The notes under the pieces are model-generated. The model was not told where the DNA came from. It worked only from the letters and a program-made list of their open reading frames with translations, and searched no databases. A stretch of DNA of 64,000 nucleotides from Squalus acanthias (taxonomy: Eukaryota). The position numbers and the translations under genes were made by a program. Positions 1 through 12,538 of this stretch are shown in pieces (the first letter of the stretch is position 1; every line of letters starts with the position of its first letter). The DNA is taken from positions 22,198,001 through 22,262,000 of the forward strand of contig CM059433.1 of NCBI GenBank assembly GCA_030390025.1. The letters are read 5' to 3'.

Positions 1-9
1 AATTATAAT

Positions 10-414
10 CAGGGATGCTCAAGAGGGCAGAATTAGAGGAGCGCAGATATCTCGGGGGGGTTGTGGGGCTGAAGGAGATTACAGAGATAGGAAGGGGTGA
101 GGCCATGGAGGGAATTGAAAACAAGGATGAGAATTTTGAAATTGAGGCGCTGCTTAACCGGGAGCCAATGTAGGTCAGCGAGCACAGGGGTGATGGGAGA
201 ACGGGACTTGGTGCGGGTTAGGACACGGGCTGCCGAGTTTTGGATGACCTCAAGTTTACGTAGGGTAGAATGCGGGAGGCCAGCCAGGAGTGCGTTGGAA
301 TAATCAAGTCTAGAGGTAACAAAGGCATGGATGAGGGTTTCAGCAGCGGATGAGCTGAGGCAAGGGCGGAGACGGGCGATGTTACAGAGGTGGAAGTAGG
401 CGGTCTTTGTTATG
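10..414 (-). mobile_element. L2 LINE fragment (ORF2 C-terminal region)
   Basis: Reverse strand reads ITKTAYFHLCNIARLRPCLSSSAAETLIHAFVTSRLDYSNALLAGLP...IQNSAARVLTRTKSRSPITPVLADLHWLPV, typical of the L2 ORF2 end; homologous to 55272-56020. Confidence 0.9.
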
Positions 415-606
415 CTGGAAAATTCCCAGGAAAAATCCTCTCTTTATGGTCTTGAAAGGCCTCAATGAAAACCCATGCCAGTTGAACCCTAGTGGGAGTC
501 TCTTTGAGGCCTTCTAAAGTCCCTAAACCTTCACTAGAGTAAGGTAATCAAACCCGGAGGGGATTGATTACCTTCTCTAGTTGGAATGGCTCCAGTGGGA
601 GCCAAA

Positions 607-1498
607 GGGGGAAAAATTCAGTATCGCCCCGTTTGGGGCGCCATTATCAGCCGTGCGCAAAGTTTAGCGCCTGGCGCTAATTATCGCCTCCGACTGCAAA
701 CTTGACTTTTATCGCCCCTGGAGGTGATTGGAGCGCTAAATCAGGCGCTACACATCTGTCTTAAGGCGCAAAGGCCGAGGAGCGAGGCGCTACCTCAGAG
801 CGTTGGCGAAGCTCATGTGATGTCAGTCAGCAATGGAACACAGACACACTGGCGCTGGCCAATTCTTAAAAGGGAGGGCTGATCTTGCTCTACATCCACA
901 CCCTGCTCATTGCAGCCTTGAATCTCGGCCTGGAGAGACCTGTACATCAAATCTGCTGGAAAGAACAATGGAGAGGCCCAGGGAAAGAGCTCAGAGTGCA
1001 GCCTCCACAGTCTCTTCTAAATTGATGCAAGGAAGATCAAACCAGAAAGAACCTGCAAAGTGCTGCTTAGTACCCAAAATTCCTCAACACAGCTTTGAAT
1101 ATCTCCTGCAGTCTCTCTCTCTCACTCAGAATGCGTGGTGCAAAAATTTCACTGACAAAAAAAGGCAGGAAGTGGTCGCCTTTAAATAGCGCTCCCCCAG
1201 TCCCTTCCTGACTGCAAAACGCTCCCCTCAACCTGTCGTTGCTAGCGGCAGGCGGTAAAACAGGGGGCGCCACTCAATATCCGGTCCGGGGCGCTACCGG
1301 GGCATTGCACTCTCGACTGACGTCACGATTGGCCGGCGCAGGAGATCGTGCTGGTAGTGTTTAGCGCCGCCGCAAAATGTCTAGTTAATTCCATGAGCGG
1401 CGCAAAGATCGCCGCGCACGGGCGCTAGTTGCTTTGCGCCCCATTAGCGCCCTCTTAAGGCGCTAACGGGAGGTGCAATTCAACTGAATTTTTCCCCC
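607..1498 (+). mobile_element. Non-autonomous PIF/Harbinger element (internal deletion derivative)
   Basis: Perfect 16-bp TIRs GGGGGAAAAATTCAGT (607-622) / ACTGAATTTTTCCCCC (1483-1498), flanked by AAA on both sides. First ~380 bp are homologous to the Harbinger end at 63142, including the Myb start MERPRERA. Confidence 0.9.
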
Positions 1499-1674
1499 AA
1501 AGATTTTTATTAAAAAGTTATCCTTTGGCTTATTTGGACCTCTGGAGTACTCCACTCCTCCGTAGAAGTGCAGATCAGCTCAAGATTAGTGACAGGTCAG
1601 TTGTTTCCAGCTTCTTAGGTATATAAAAGAAAATTGGGCATACTGTACCATTTCTGTAAACTATATATACACAA

Positions 1675-2262
1675 GGCCCACCATCTTGGTGAGGCCGATA
1701 TCGTGGGCGATACGCGCGTGCGCCGGCAGTATGCAGAGTAGGCAGATCGTGACGTCAGTCAGCGTGTAACTGAGACCAGGTTCTGGGGGAAAGACTGATG
1801 GCACTGACCGCTTCAGCAATCTGCTCCCACTGCCTGCTCACAATCAGTCTGGAGGGCCTCCTGGCCCCCTGCGGGAAGAGGACCTGTCTCTTGCTTTTGA
1901 TCCCCTGCACGAAGGCCACCAGTGCTGTGTCTGAACCTAGATGCCCTTTCACTGCCCTGTTGAGCCATAGCTACCTTCCCCTTTCCTTCGCAACAATTAC
2001 AATGAGGTGCTTATTTCAAAAAGCTCCTCCTCTTTAAGAAGTGCAGACTGTGTTTCAGACTGCAGGCTAGCTTTAAATAGAGATCACTTCCCACAAAACT
2101 GGTCCCCCAACTGAGCGCTCAGCCAACCAACAGCGGATTCAGCGTTGGGCTCAGTGCTTCAATCATGTTAATTAGCAGGCAGCACGAATTTCACATGCTG
2201 CCTTCATTACTTTCAACAGGTGCAGGCAGATCTCGATCCCCATGCCCGTTTTAGCCCCCTTT
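1675..2262 (-). mobile_element. Deleted Harbinger remnant with Myb/SANT exon-1 fragment
   Basis: Minus-strand ...ALVAFVQGIKSKRQVLFPQGARRPS...QWEQIAEAVSAISLSPRTWSQ. 1675-1765 resembles 21885-21972; 2100-2260 resembles 5490-5660. Confidence 0.75.
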
Positions 2263-3418
2263 CAAGCTTTGTGTGGAGCCTATTTGAATAATAATTGTAC
2301 CAACTTGTAACCCAGTGAGAAGCCCTGAAAAATGTGCATCGCTTTTATAAAATGCAAAAAATACAGCGTGGCAAAAACTTTACTTGTCACACAAATAGAT
2401 CAGTCATTGGACCTCGTAGAAAGCCTAACTTTTACCACTAATGAAGAAGACCTTCACCTGTGAGTGTCACTTAAGAATTGTTTTCTTCACTAATGAAACA
2501 GAATGAGTAATCCACTGTTCTACTTTGTGTCACATATGACTAGAATGCAAAATTATGCTGTCAAATAATACGGAATAATAAATAATTTTACTGCAATTAT
2601 ATTTATCCTTCATTACTCTTTGCTTTTCCATACAGTAATTTCCAGCATTAATATACAGACATACTATGCATTATTATTGTAATTGTTGAGGTTCATTAAG
2701 TTGAGATGACAATGCTGAGCAACAGAACACTTTTTTCACTCATGATCAGCATAAGTCAGCTTTATCTGACCATTTACAGGGTGGGTGCATTGTGAAGCTC
2801 CTTCTACACTGCCTTACTAATGTGTTTTAACTCCATCCTCAAAAAATTCACCCTCTTTTGTACCACTGCTACAGTCCCGTCAATCATTCTGATGACTTTC
2901 AGAATAAGATTGACTCATTAGCATAGAATTATGGGCAACTTTGTGTTGTGCGCTTGCAGTTGAATTCAGACTGCTTCAAAATATTTCACTTAGAGCATTA
3001 ACACCCATGGAAGAGAAGAACGTATCATCCCATTAGTCTGCATCTCATGCAAATGTAGATCTCAAAAGGAAATAGAAATAGTTTGTGTTCCAAGTCAATG
3101 TGGCCCTCAGCCCCGTATTTTTAAAAAAAAACAAAGGAAGTGCTTAGCAGAAATTAAATCAGTCGCATTGAAAGGAAGTTCTAAAATCTTGGGCCCACTT
3201 TACTCATATTGCCCTTGTCTGTTGGTATTTGCTAGTTTAAGCAACAAGATATTTTGAACATTCATGAACTGTCAACAATCAAAAATACAAAAATGTATTG
3301 CTTTTTAAAATGATCTTTTAGGGCACAATGTATCCTTCATCGCCCGTATTATTGTTTGCAAATTAAAACTTCTGAAACTGGCACAATGAGTTTCTATGGT
3401 TGAAGTAGTGGAAACAAT

Positions 3419-3990
3419 GGGCCCGGATTTTGCAGTCAGCAGCGAAGGGACGGCGCTCACTGTTCATTACGTTGACAGCTGCCCACAGACTTTTTGCGGG
3501 CTTTTGAGCGGCAACCTACCGTTACTGGAGATGTTTTTCGGTGCTGTGGTGGATCGGTGGCATGTGTGAGCAGCAACAGCTTGTCTCTTCAACCAATCAG
3601 ATCGAAAAATCCTCACTGAGACACGCAGGACTGAATTTTAACCCCCAAAAGTGGGTGGGTTGGGGTCGGATGAGAGGTTAAAACTTATAATGAGGCTGGC
3701 AGCCTCTGATTTAACCTGCTTCGCAGGTTTTACAGTGGGCGGGGAGAAGGTAAGTGCTTCCCCCCCCCACCACCACCTCCCGTCCCCCAAGCTCCTCCCC
3801 ATAACCCCATACACCGCACCACTAGCAGCAGCAGGTGACTTACCTGAGGCTGCAGCCTCCTCCGGCTGCTCCCCGCCCGACTGGAAGCCAAGCCTGTCAA
3901 CCAGGCTGACTTCCGGGCGGGGAACCTGTCAAAGCAAAACTATGCATGCTGTGGAGTGACCTTGTATCACTTGCCGCTGATACCCTTGAC
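3419..3990. mobile_element. Nested Harbinger-type MITE fragments
   Basis: Starts GGGCCCGGATTTTGC (same terminus type as the other elements here). 3570-3605 matches 5880-5915 (agcaac..tctc.t.aaccaatcagat.ga). A second terminus-like motif occurs at ~3628. Confidence 0.55.
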
Positions 3991-4003
3991 ATTATAATAC
4001 ATT

Positions 4004-4735
4004 GGCCCGTATTTTCCGATCGGAGTCTTCCCACGTGCGGAGGCCTCCGATCTTGAAAATATCTACACACTTACCTGAGGGCTCCCGAGGTGCGTATACT
4101 TCCGTTTCTTGGCCTCTCCAAACTCGAAATACGCAGAACCCACGTATCCCAGAGGCGCAGGCGGTTCGCAAGCGTCCCTGCAATCATGTGGGCCATGGGG
4201 AGCCAATAGGAGAAGGGAATCTCCCTTCATACACTTGACAGATAGACCTGTCAAATATATGAATGGAGATCACCCCAAAAACATTGTAAAACATTAAATA
4301 AATTTTTAAAAACCATCACATTTTTAAAATGAGTTGAAATTACAATAAATTAAATATTTTAAACAAAAATTTTATTTTTTGAAAACAATAATTGAAGTTT
4401 TTTACGGGGCTAAAAATAAACTTACCTTTTTTAAAAGTATTTTTAAATGATAAAAGAGTGAAACAAATTAAAAAAAAAAACTTTTTTAAAATTCTTATGC
4501 TGGTAAAAGCCTTATGCCTGCTTTTACCAGGCGTAAGGTTTCTAAGGGTTTTCTGCGGGCGGAGGTTCTCCAGAAAGCGGAAGTATCCGCCCGCAGAGGC
4601 CCTTCTCCAGGGCAGGCGTCCTGTCTGTCAAGAGCATTCTTGACAGATCGGAAAAGCCGGTTTTCAGCGCATGCGCTTTGCATGCCTGAAACCGGCATTT
4701 CCGATGTCACTACAGGTGTGTACCGAAGGAGGATT
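4004..4735 (+). mobile_element. MITE family A copy 1 (right end eroded)
   Basis: Starts GGCCCGTATTTTCC after ATT; collinear with 30337-31009 and the reverse complement of 54500-55271; GC-rich arms, AT-rich core. Confidence 0.85.
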
Positions 4736-4789
4736 ACATGAGGATACCAACATTTTGTATTCTTTCAGCCCCACCACTGGCCAAGAGCT

Positions 4790-5661
4790 CAGCCGTGCCC
4801 CTGCCAAGAATGGCCAGCACTGTCTCCTCCAAGTTGGTGAGCTGTAGCTAGGAATGTGAGTTGTGCCTTGTGTTTGGTAGAAATTATTGGTAGGTGAGTG
4901 ATGGGGAGGGGTGGGGGTCGTGCATTGAGCAGTGTGTGAAGCTAATGGTGCAGTTGGTAGGAGATGGCTTTTGAAGATGCATTCACTCACCTTGACCACT
5001 TGTCTGAGGTCATGAAACTTCTTTGGGCACTGGAGCCAGGTCCTGAGGACGACACTGCTGGCAGTGACCGCCTCGGTAATCTGGTCCTCTATCCTCCTTT
5101 CTGGAGGGCCTCCTGGCTCCCGTGTGGGTAGAGGACATCTCTCCCAGTGTTGACCCCTGCACAAGCTGGAGCCCTGCATGCAATACCCTGGGTGCCCTTT
5201 CCCTGACCTGTTGACCCATTAGTGTTAGTGTTGAGGCATTTTTACCATATATTATGGGCAAAAGGCAGATCAGCTTTAAGAGCTGTGCGCTGCCTACTTT
5301 GGAATGATTTTAAAAAAATGTTGCTGTTGGCATTTCAGCTTTAAGCACTAGAGACTGCCTAGTTTTGATTGATTTTTAATAGTTTTTTCAGACGGCAGTT
5401 CACTTTTAAGGGCTCGAGACTGCTTTCAAAACCAACAGCCTTGCTTTAAGAAAATGCAGCCTTGCTCCAGCGCCACGACCTTGGACCTCCTGCTGAGTGC
5501 ACAGCCTGTCAGCAGCATGATAGTCACTGGGCTGTGCGCTAAAATCATTAAAATTAGCAGGCAGCACAAAATTAACATTCTGCCTGCATTTCTAAACGGG
5601 CGTGAGCAAATCATGCCTCCGCAGTGCCCCCGCCCGTTTGAGACTTATCGAATTTCCCGGT
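4790..5661 (-). mobile_element. Harbinger fragment: terminus plus Myb/SANT exon 1 (4991-5219, frameshifted)
   Basis: MGQQVRERAPR... / ...DQITEAVTASSVVLRTWLQCPKKFHDLRQVVK followed by a GTGAGT donor. Confidence 0.8.
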
Positions 5662-5829
5662 CAAAATGTACAACAGTCTGAAGCACTTTTTACATTATAA
5701 TTTGCTTTTGATGTAGTTTTGAAGACTAACCGCCCTACGGGGGACTTCCATTTATATATTCAGACTGCTGCTCATCACCAGAAGAAAATTTGATGTGTAC
5801 AGTGTGTACAGTGTGTATGAGTAGAGTGA

Positions 5830-6400
5830 TAACGGCGCAGTGACGGAAACAGGGCACCTGGGACCTGAGTAAACAGGGCAAGCAACTGTTTATCTCCTTA
5901 ACCAATCAGATTGAAGGATTGGGAAATAAGTAGCACGAGGACTGAGAAGGCAGTCTACGTTAGAGTGGATGAATTCAATTTCAAATCAGGTACAGAAAGA
6001 GAAATAAAGAGAGGGAAAGAAAGATTGTATTAAAAGAGAGAGAGAGAAAGGAGGCAGAAAAGAAGAGTTAAAAATCTATTTTAAATCTCCAACAACAATT
6101 AACATCTGAATGAATGAGACTCCACACTTGGTAATAGGTAATTTTTGGTGCCAGAGAGGTTGACTGGCAGTAATTAACACTTATCACCCTGTTAAAAGGG
6201 AACTTAGACTTGAAATGACAAGGCTTAAATTTCTGCACTGAGTTTAATTCGTATCTACTGCACAAATACAGCACTATAACGTAATTCGATGCATTTCAAT
6301 GGTGAGGCAGTCAGCGAGATGACGGTTTCGCAAAACTAATGGCAGAGTGGTGCAACTCGGACAATAACTTTTGGATATCCATGTTTAACCACACATCTGA
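5830..6400 (+). repeat. Interspersed repeat, MITE family B body
   Basis: Collinear similarity with 38500-39060 (tatctccttaa.caat, GA-rich tract, gccagagag.ttga.tggca, ttaa.tttctgca.tgagttt). Confidence 0.65.
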
Positions 6401-7636
6401 TCCTTAGTTATTGATTCCAAAAATTGAGTTATTATTAGTGACAAGTAGCTACCTGTGATTGGTGTTATCTAAGCAACGGCTTCAGGGTTTTGTTAATTTG
6501 TAGGCTTTAACAGTTGTTGCTATTTTAGCAGGAATGCTTTTGGCCATTATTTAACATTTCGCCTCAACAATTTCTTTTCTTTTACCAGTTCTGAAAATGT
6601 TACCTGCTAAAGCAGTGAAATAATGGGGTAGAATTGCTATGCATTGTGCCCATGTTTTGGATGTAAAACAAGCGCAAAGCAAACCAATTTAGCAGTGGGG
6701 AAACCTACGCCCAGTTTTCGCAGACGTTGGTCCCACTGCTAAATTTTTTTAGGCATCGCGAGCAGCTGCCTAACTTGAATATGTAAATTAGGAGCCTAAT
6801 GCCTGTTGAAGGACCCCATTGACAAATTCGCCATCGATGAGCGAGGCTGGCATCGGATGCACCCCACTCACGATTCTTCAGCGGCCTCGCGGCTGTCAAC
6901 TCCAGGGAAGTGATTTCAATTTTTTTTTGTTGCAACTCCCATTCTGTGGAGCCAGAAGGAGCATGACTGCTCCTCCAACTCTAGAGGAGTTATGATTCAA
7001 GCATGTCAGGCACCTCACCCAAACACATTGCACCACATTCACTAACACACTTCCCTCTCTCTTGCATGACAAGGTGGCACACAATCAGAGGCAGCAGCAG
7101 CTAACCGGAGGGGGACAGGCGCGGCCCCATATCCTGACCCTGCTCGAGGAGATGGTGCTCTCCATAATTGGAGTGGCTGTGACTGAGGCCATGGCCAGCA
7201 GTGAGACTGAAACCATTGAAGATGACGGTATGCTCATACCTAATCCTCCTTCTCACATCACACTTCCCCCTCATCCCACAATCTCTTCTGATTTACAAGC
7301 TGCAGATGGTGTAAGCATGAACCTTTTGCTTTGCTCCCCTCTCCCCATCACCACAACCATATCCTTGTGCCTTTCTCATCCAAGAAATCCAACCTGGCCA
7401 AGCAGTGGTGCAAGAGGAAGAGGAACAGGAGAGTGATGATGAAGAAGAAATACCGTCACTCGATCTGACAGTTGCAGCCACCAGCTCAGATACTGGCACT
7501 GAGTGGATTTCAGAGGGTAGCTTAGAGGCAGCATCTGCACATGGTGATTCACCAGGCACGAATAGGCTGCAGTCAGGGCAGCGGGAAAGTGTAGCACAGG
7601 TACCAGCTCCCCAGAGGGCGAGGTCGCACATGAGTT

Positions 7637-9221
7637 TGTGAAGGAATAGCCAGGATTCAGAAAAATACACGATACTAAGAACAGATTTCTGAAATTATTA
7701 ATAAATGACATACTGGGTTTAAAAGACATAAGAGTTAGCAGACACAGGCTGCAAACAGAATACAGGCTTCTGAGATAAGATCAGTTGTTAAACAAAGTTG
7801 TAAAACACCACAAGCTTTGAAATGGAAATGGGATATTGACAAAGACAAAGCCCCTATTGAAGCAAACCATTGAAGGTTCCTCTATGTCTGAACATTGGAA
7901 CCAACACAATGGAATCACTCAGTTTAAAGTGTTAAAAGCTAACACTGATGCAAACAGAAACTTAGAATATTAAACAACCATAAGCCTTCATAATATAACA
8001 TCAAATAAGACAGGAAACACGATTAAATATGCAACCAGTTGAGATAGCTAGAAAACAATTAAACACTGAGTTAAAGTGTTTTCAATTTACATATTGTAAA
8101 TATGATACCTACAGAAGGCTTTGAAGAAATGACATCAAGTAAAAGAAACGCCTGCTGAACAAATAGTTTTAATGTTAAGCTTGAAATATGGAGTCCTGAG
8201 GTCTGATAAAAACCAATTGAAGTATTTACAAGTTATAAAATATACCTACAGAAAGAGTTTGAAAATGACATCAATGGATGCATCAAGCATCAAGCAATTA
8301 CATTGTGTTTGTATTGAAAATGGAATAGATAGGAGACACGACGTCTGGCTTACAAGTAGTTAAGTGATATTAGAAATTCAATAGAAAGACTTCCTAAGAA
8401 TGGCATCAAATAGATAAATCAATAATAACCACTTTATGATAGGTTTTTGAAATGCCTAAACAGGAGACAAGTCTAAAAGCTAACAGCTGATATGACAATA
8501 AAGAATAAAACAAAGTCAGCAAAGAATGGCTTAAAACAATTAGCTTACACCAGCAAGAAAACTTCAAAGGATAAACCACCCAAAAAAGGTATAAAACATA
8601 GACCTTTTCAGATAGAAAGTCAGAAGTCGCTGGGAAGACAAGCGTTTCTCAACTTCACAGACATGCTCTGTAAGTTTTTAACTTTTGAGTCTCAGGTAAT
8701 CAAGGTATTTGATTTTGGTGGATATTCTGGATTAAGAAATAAGTAGAAGTGTGAAAAGTAATGAAGTTAAGATTTGAGAATAAGGATCTCTGAGAATAAG
8801 AAATGTAAGCTATTTGTATTTTGAACGGTTAAAGTTGCGATTGCCATAATAAATGTTAACTGAATGTCGGTTCTTTAATAAATCTATATATTTTTAGAAT
8901 TGTCTCACAGAGTATTTCTGTATCAGCTTGCGAACTCAATTTCTGTACACTCAAAGGAGTTGCAGAATTCTGGGGGGTATTCCGGACTCTCATAATATCC
9001 GGAAGGTTACAGTCTAGTTAAACTTATTAAAAGTACTATCCGGAGGACGGTAACATCTTTAGACCATTTCTTTCCTTTAGGGAGAGGTAGTCTGACCTTT
9101 AGAACCAATTAAGCGTCTTATGGGATCCGGCTACCAATAACGTTAGTTGATGGTAAGCATCTGGGGAATACGCCTGATCTGGGGTAGTCCAAAAGGGCTA
9201 GGACTTGTAATTATCCCTTCA
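7637..9221 (+). mobile_element. Solo LTR (1585 bp, longer subfamily)
   Basis: TGTGAAGG...CCCTTCA termini; AGTT duplicated at 7633-7636 and 9222-9225; TATA-like GGTATAAAA at ~8588; AATAAA at ~8848 and ~8878; 3' half homologous to the other two copies. Confidence 0.85.
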
Positions 9222-9812
9222 AGTTCTGGTGCAGAGGACTGAGATGAGGACTTTGATGGGGTGACCTACAGAACAAAGCTGATGGGTATGCACAACAGAA
9301 TGCTTGGTGCATTGGCAGATCTACCAGAAAGTCTGAAAGCAATGTCAAGGAGCATGGAGGAGTCCAGCTCCAACCTTGCACAGGGCTTTGCTCAGAGCTT
9401 GGAGCCCATCCTTCCCAGTGTGGAAGGGGTGGGCAGATCCATTAGTGCAATTGTGGACCCAAACATCATGTAGCGTTTGATGACTGATGTCTCAGCTTCC
9501 ATTGCAGCACAAGCAGAAGCCATCCAACATGCGAGTGCTGCAATGGAAGCTCAGGCTAAAGTCATGCAAGCTCTGCTTGCTGTCACACAAGCACAGACTG
9601 CTGCTACCATGGCTGGGTTTACCACTGTTGAAAGGGTGTCACAGCAGTCCAGCAATCTGTCCTCCAACAGATTAATAGGATTACTGAAGCACCGCCCCAG
9701 GGGAGTGGCAGTGGCTCCATGGAGAACGAACCTGCTGTCCTTTCTCAGGATGACAGCATTCTTACTCCCACCACTGCCACTCCACCAGTGCCCTTGCTGT
9801 TACCTGTCAGCC

Positions 9813-10964
9813 TGAGGGAATTTTTACTAGTCCTAGCCCCTTTAGGGCTACCCCGGATCAGACGTATTCCCCAGACGTTCACTTTCAACTAAAGTTTGAG
9901 GTAGCCGAATCCTAAAGACGCTTAATCGGGTCTAAAGGTCTGGGCTATCTCTCCCTAAAAGAAAGGAACATTCTTAGAATGTTACCGTCCTCCAGATAGT
10001 GCTTTTAATAAGTTTAGCTAGACTGTAACGTCCCGGATATTATGAGGGTCCGGAAAGCCCCCTCAGAATTCAGCAACTCCTCACCAAAGAGTGTACGGAG
10101 ATTGAGTTCACGAGTTTTTGATACAGAAGTCTTACGTGAGACAATTCTAAAAATATATAGATTTATTAAAGAACCAACATGCAATTTACAGTTGGTGAAT
10201 CAGTCAATCGCAACTTTTAACAGTTCTAAAGAGAGAAAACTTACTATCTTTTTAACAGAGAATCTTACTTATAAATCTTAACTTCACTACAGTATTACAG
10301 TTCTTAAAGGTTTCTTATACAGGATATCCATCAATATCAAATACCTTTGATCCCTGAGGTACAAAGAGTGATAGACTACAGAGCCGCCTCTGAAGCCGAG
10401 AATCGCTTTGCCTGATTAAAGCGAGACTGCTATCTCATTTGAGAGTTCAATATTTATACCCTTTTCCAGTGGTATCTCCTTTAAAGATTTCTGCTGATGC
10501 AAGTTAATTATCCCTAGTCATCTTTCTGCCAACCTCTGCAATTCTTACTGCCACATCAGCTGGTAGCATTACAGAATCTTGTCTCATCTCTAGGTGTTCT
10601 AAGTTTACCATATAAAAACGGTGTGACGGCAGATGTTCCTTACTTTATGTCATCTTTACGAGGGCAGATGTTCCTTATCTTATGTGCCATCTTTAAGAAG
10701 TTTAAATTAGAACACCTTATCCAGGGTAACCATTGTTTTGTTCCCAAAAGGTTAGCCTGTCGGAGCCCTTCACCTTCTGTTTCAATAAGATTATTTATTC
10801 AGGGTCAACAACTGTCTTCTCTCAATAGCCAGAATGCTTTCATAGCTATTTCATAGTTAGGTTTCTAAATTTCCAAACCCAGTTTGTCATGTTTTAATAA
10901 GGCCAGAACTCCTTCATAAGATAGTGTATTTTTCTGAATAGGTTATATGGCTTATTCCTTCACA
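9813..10964 (-). mobile_element. Solo LTR (1152 bp)
   Basis: Reverse strand TGTGAAGG...CCCTCA; AGCC duplicated at 9809-9812 and 10965-10968; close homologue of 56964-58104. Confidence 0.9.
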
Positions 10965-11367
10965 AGCCAGCCTAGACTGCTGCCGCCCATGCTGAGGAGG
11001 TACAGTCAGAAGCCGGGCCTGTTAGGCCCAGAGCTGCTTGAGGTGGTCCTGCAAGGCCATCTGTACTCTCCCCCACTGAAAGTCAACAGCCTTCCACCAA
11101 CCATGCTGCAGCCACTGGGATAGCATTGCGTATGAGCACTAGGACAGGCAAAGGCACATGAACGACAGGCACTAAGGGAATGCACAAGGGTGATTAGTTG
11201 ACTTTTGAATGAAATATTGTAATGGTTTGATTCATAAAATTGGTTTGGAATGTTTGTTTTGTGGTGGCTCTCATTGTAGTATTGTGGCCAAGAGGACGCT
11301 ATGATGGTCAGTAACAGAGGGAAGGGAATGTGTGGGAGTATTGGTGAATGGGGAATTGGGGTTGTGT

Positions 11368-12538
11368 TCACTGGTACCACAGTCGGATGAGTCAATCATG
11401 GACAGCCCAATTAGAAAGGAGCTGTCTGGGTTGCCTCCTCCGTTCCACTTCCTCCTCTTCTGCTTCCTCCTCCTCCGCCTTTTCCTCCTACTCTTCCTCT
11501 TCCTCCTCTTCCTCTTCCTCAGCTGCCTAGTGGCAAGGGCTGTGCCCTCATGATGGCGAGGTTTTGGAACATGCTGCAGACTGCAACGAATCTTGAGACG
11601 CGCTCTGGTGAGTACTGCAGGGCTCCTCCAGAGTGGTCCAGGCAGCAGAAGCGTTGTTTAAGGGCGCCAATGGTCTGCTCGATCACATTCCGTGTGGCAG
11701 CATGGCTTTCATTATATTCATGCTGCCCAGCTGTGCATGGTTTGCTAACCGGAGTCATGAGCCAGGTGGTCAGCGGATAGCCCTTGTCGCCCTGTTGGCA
11801 TCCTCTGGTGTGTCGTGGTGGCTCAGATGGTACAGCGGGCTGCCTCAGAATGGAAGCATCATGACTGCTGCCAGGGTACCGAGCATTGACCTGCATAATG
11901 CACTGAGTATGGTCGCACATCAGCTGGACATTGAGGGAGTGGAATCACTTCTGGTTGTGGTACATCTCCGAATTGAGATGCGGCGTCCACAAAGCGACGT
12001 GTGTGCAGTCAATGGCACCTGTGCCATGGGGAAGCCGGCTATCTTGGCGAAGCCGCATGCTCGCTCCGCCTGCTTCTCTCTGGCAAGAGAGAATGAAATG
12101 TATTCAGCTCTCTTTGCATACAAAGCCTCACTCACCTCCCTTATACAGGAGCGGACGGCGAACTGGGAGATGTTACAGATGTCGCCTGCTCCAGCCTGGA
12201 AGGAGCCCAACGCGAAGAAGTTCGAGGCCACGGTCACCTTTACAGCCACTGGCAATGACGTCCTCACCCTGGACTGAGGCTGCAGGTCTGCCTGCAGCAG
12301 GTGGCAGATTTCAGTGAGCACCTCCTTAGTAAAACGGAGACGTCGCACACACTGTTCCTCGCTGAGGTTGAGGTTGGAGAATTGCTCCCTGAAGACCCTG
12401 AGTGGACGTGGCCTCCTGCTGAGAGCCCTTCTCCCGCTCCTCCTCCTCCCTCTTCTAGCAGCTTGTCCTGCTCTGTGCCGCCTCTGCTCATTCTCCGTCA
12501 TGCTGCAGGCCAAGGGGGATACAAACTACTGCACCCAT
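11368..12538 (-). pseudogene. Harbinger (HARBI1-like, DDE_Tnp_4) transposase pseudogene, near full length
   Basis: LSEEQCVRRLRF..LPVAVKVTVASNFFALGSFQ..GDICNISQ; GAIDCTHV (after a frameshift); ARYPGSSHDASIL; GDKGYPL; YNESHAATRNVIEQTIGALKQRF; poly-Glu tail encoded by the CCT/CTT tract at 11445-11522. Confidence 0.95.

Larger units (their letters stand above)
7067..11198 (+). pseudogene. Harbinger Myb/SANT accessory gene, exons 2-3 (exon 1 lost; stops; two LTR insertions)
   Basis: Exon 2 DKVAHNQRQQQLTGGGQARPHILTLLEEMVLSIIG...IEDDG|GTATG. Exon 3 is acidic (EEEEQESDDEEE) then Ala/Gln-rich, continuing across 9226-9812 and 10969-11198. Confidence 0.75.

Noticed and set aside
11633..12277. 214-aa plus-strand ORF
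   Set aside because: Antisense shadow of the Harbinger transposase.
11368..12538. Domesticated HARBI1 gene
   Set aside because: Frameshifts and stops, transposon context and multiple paralogous fragments indicate a dead transposase, not the host gene.
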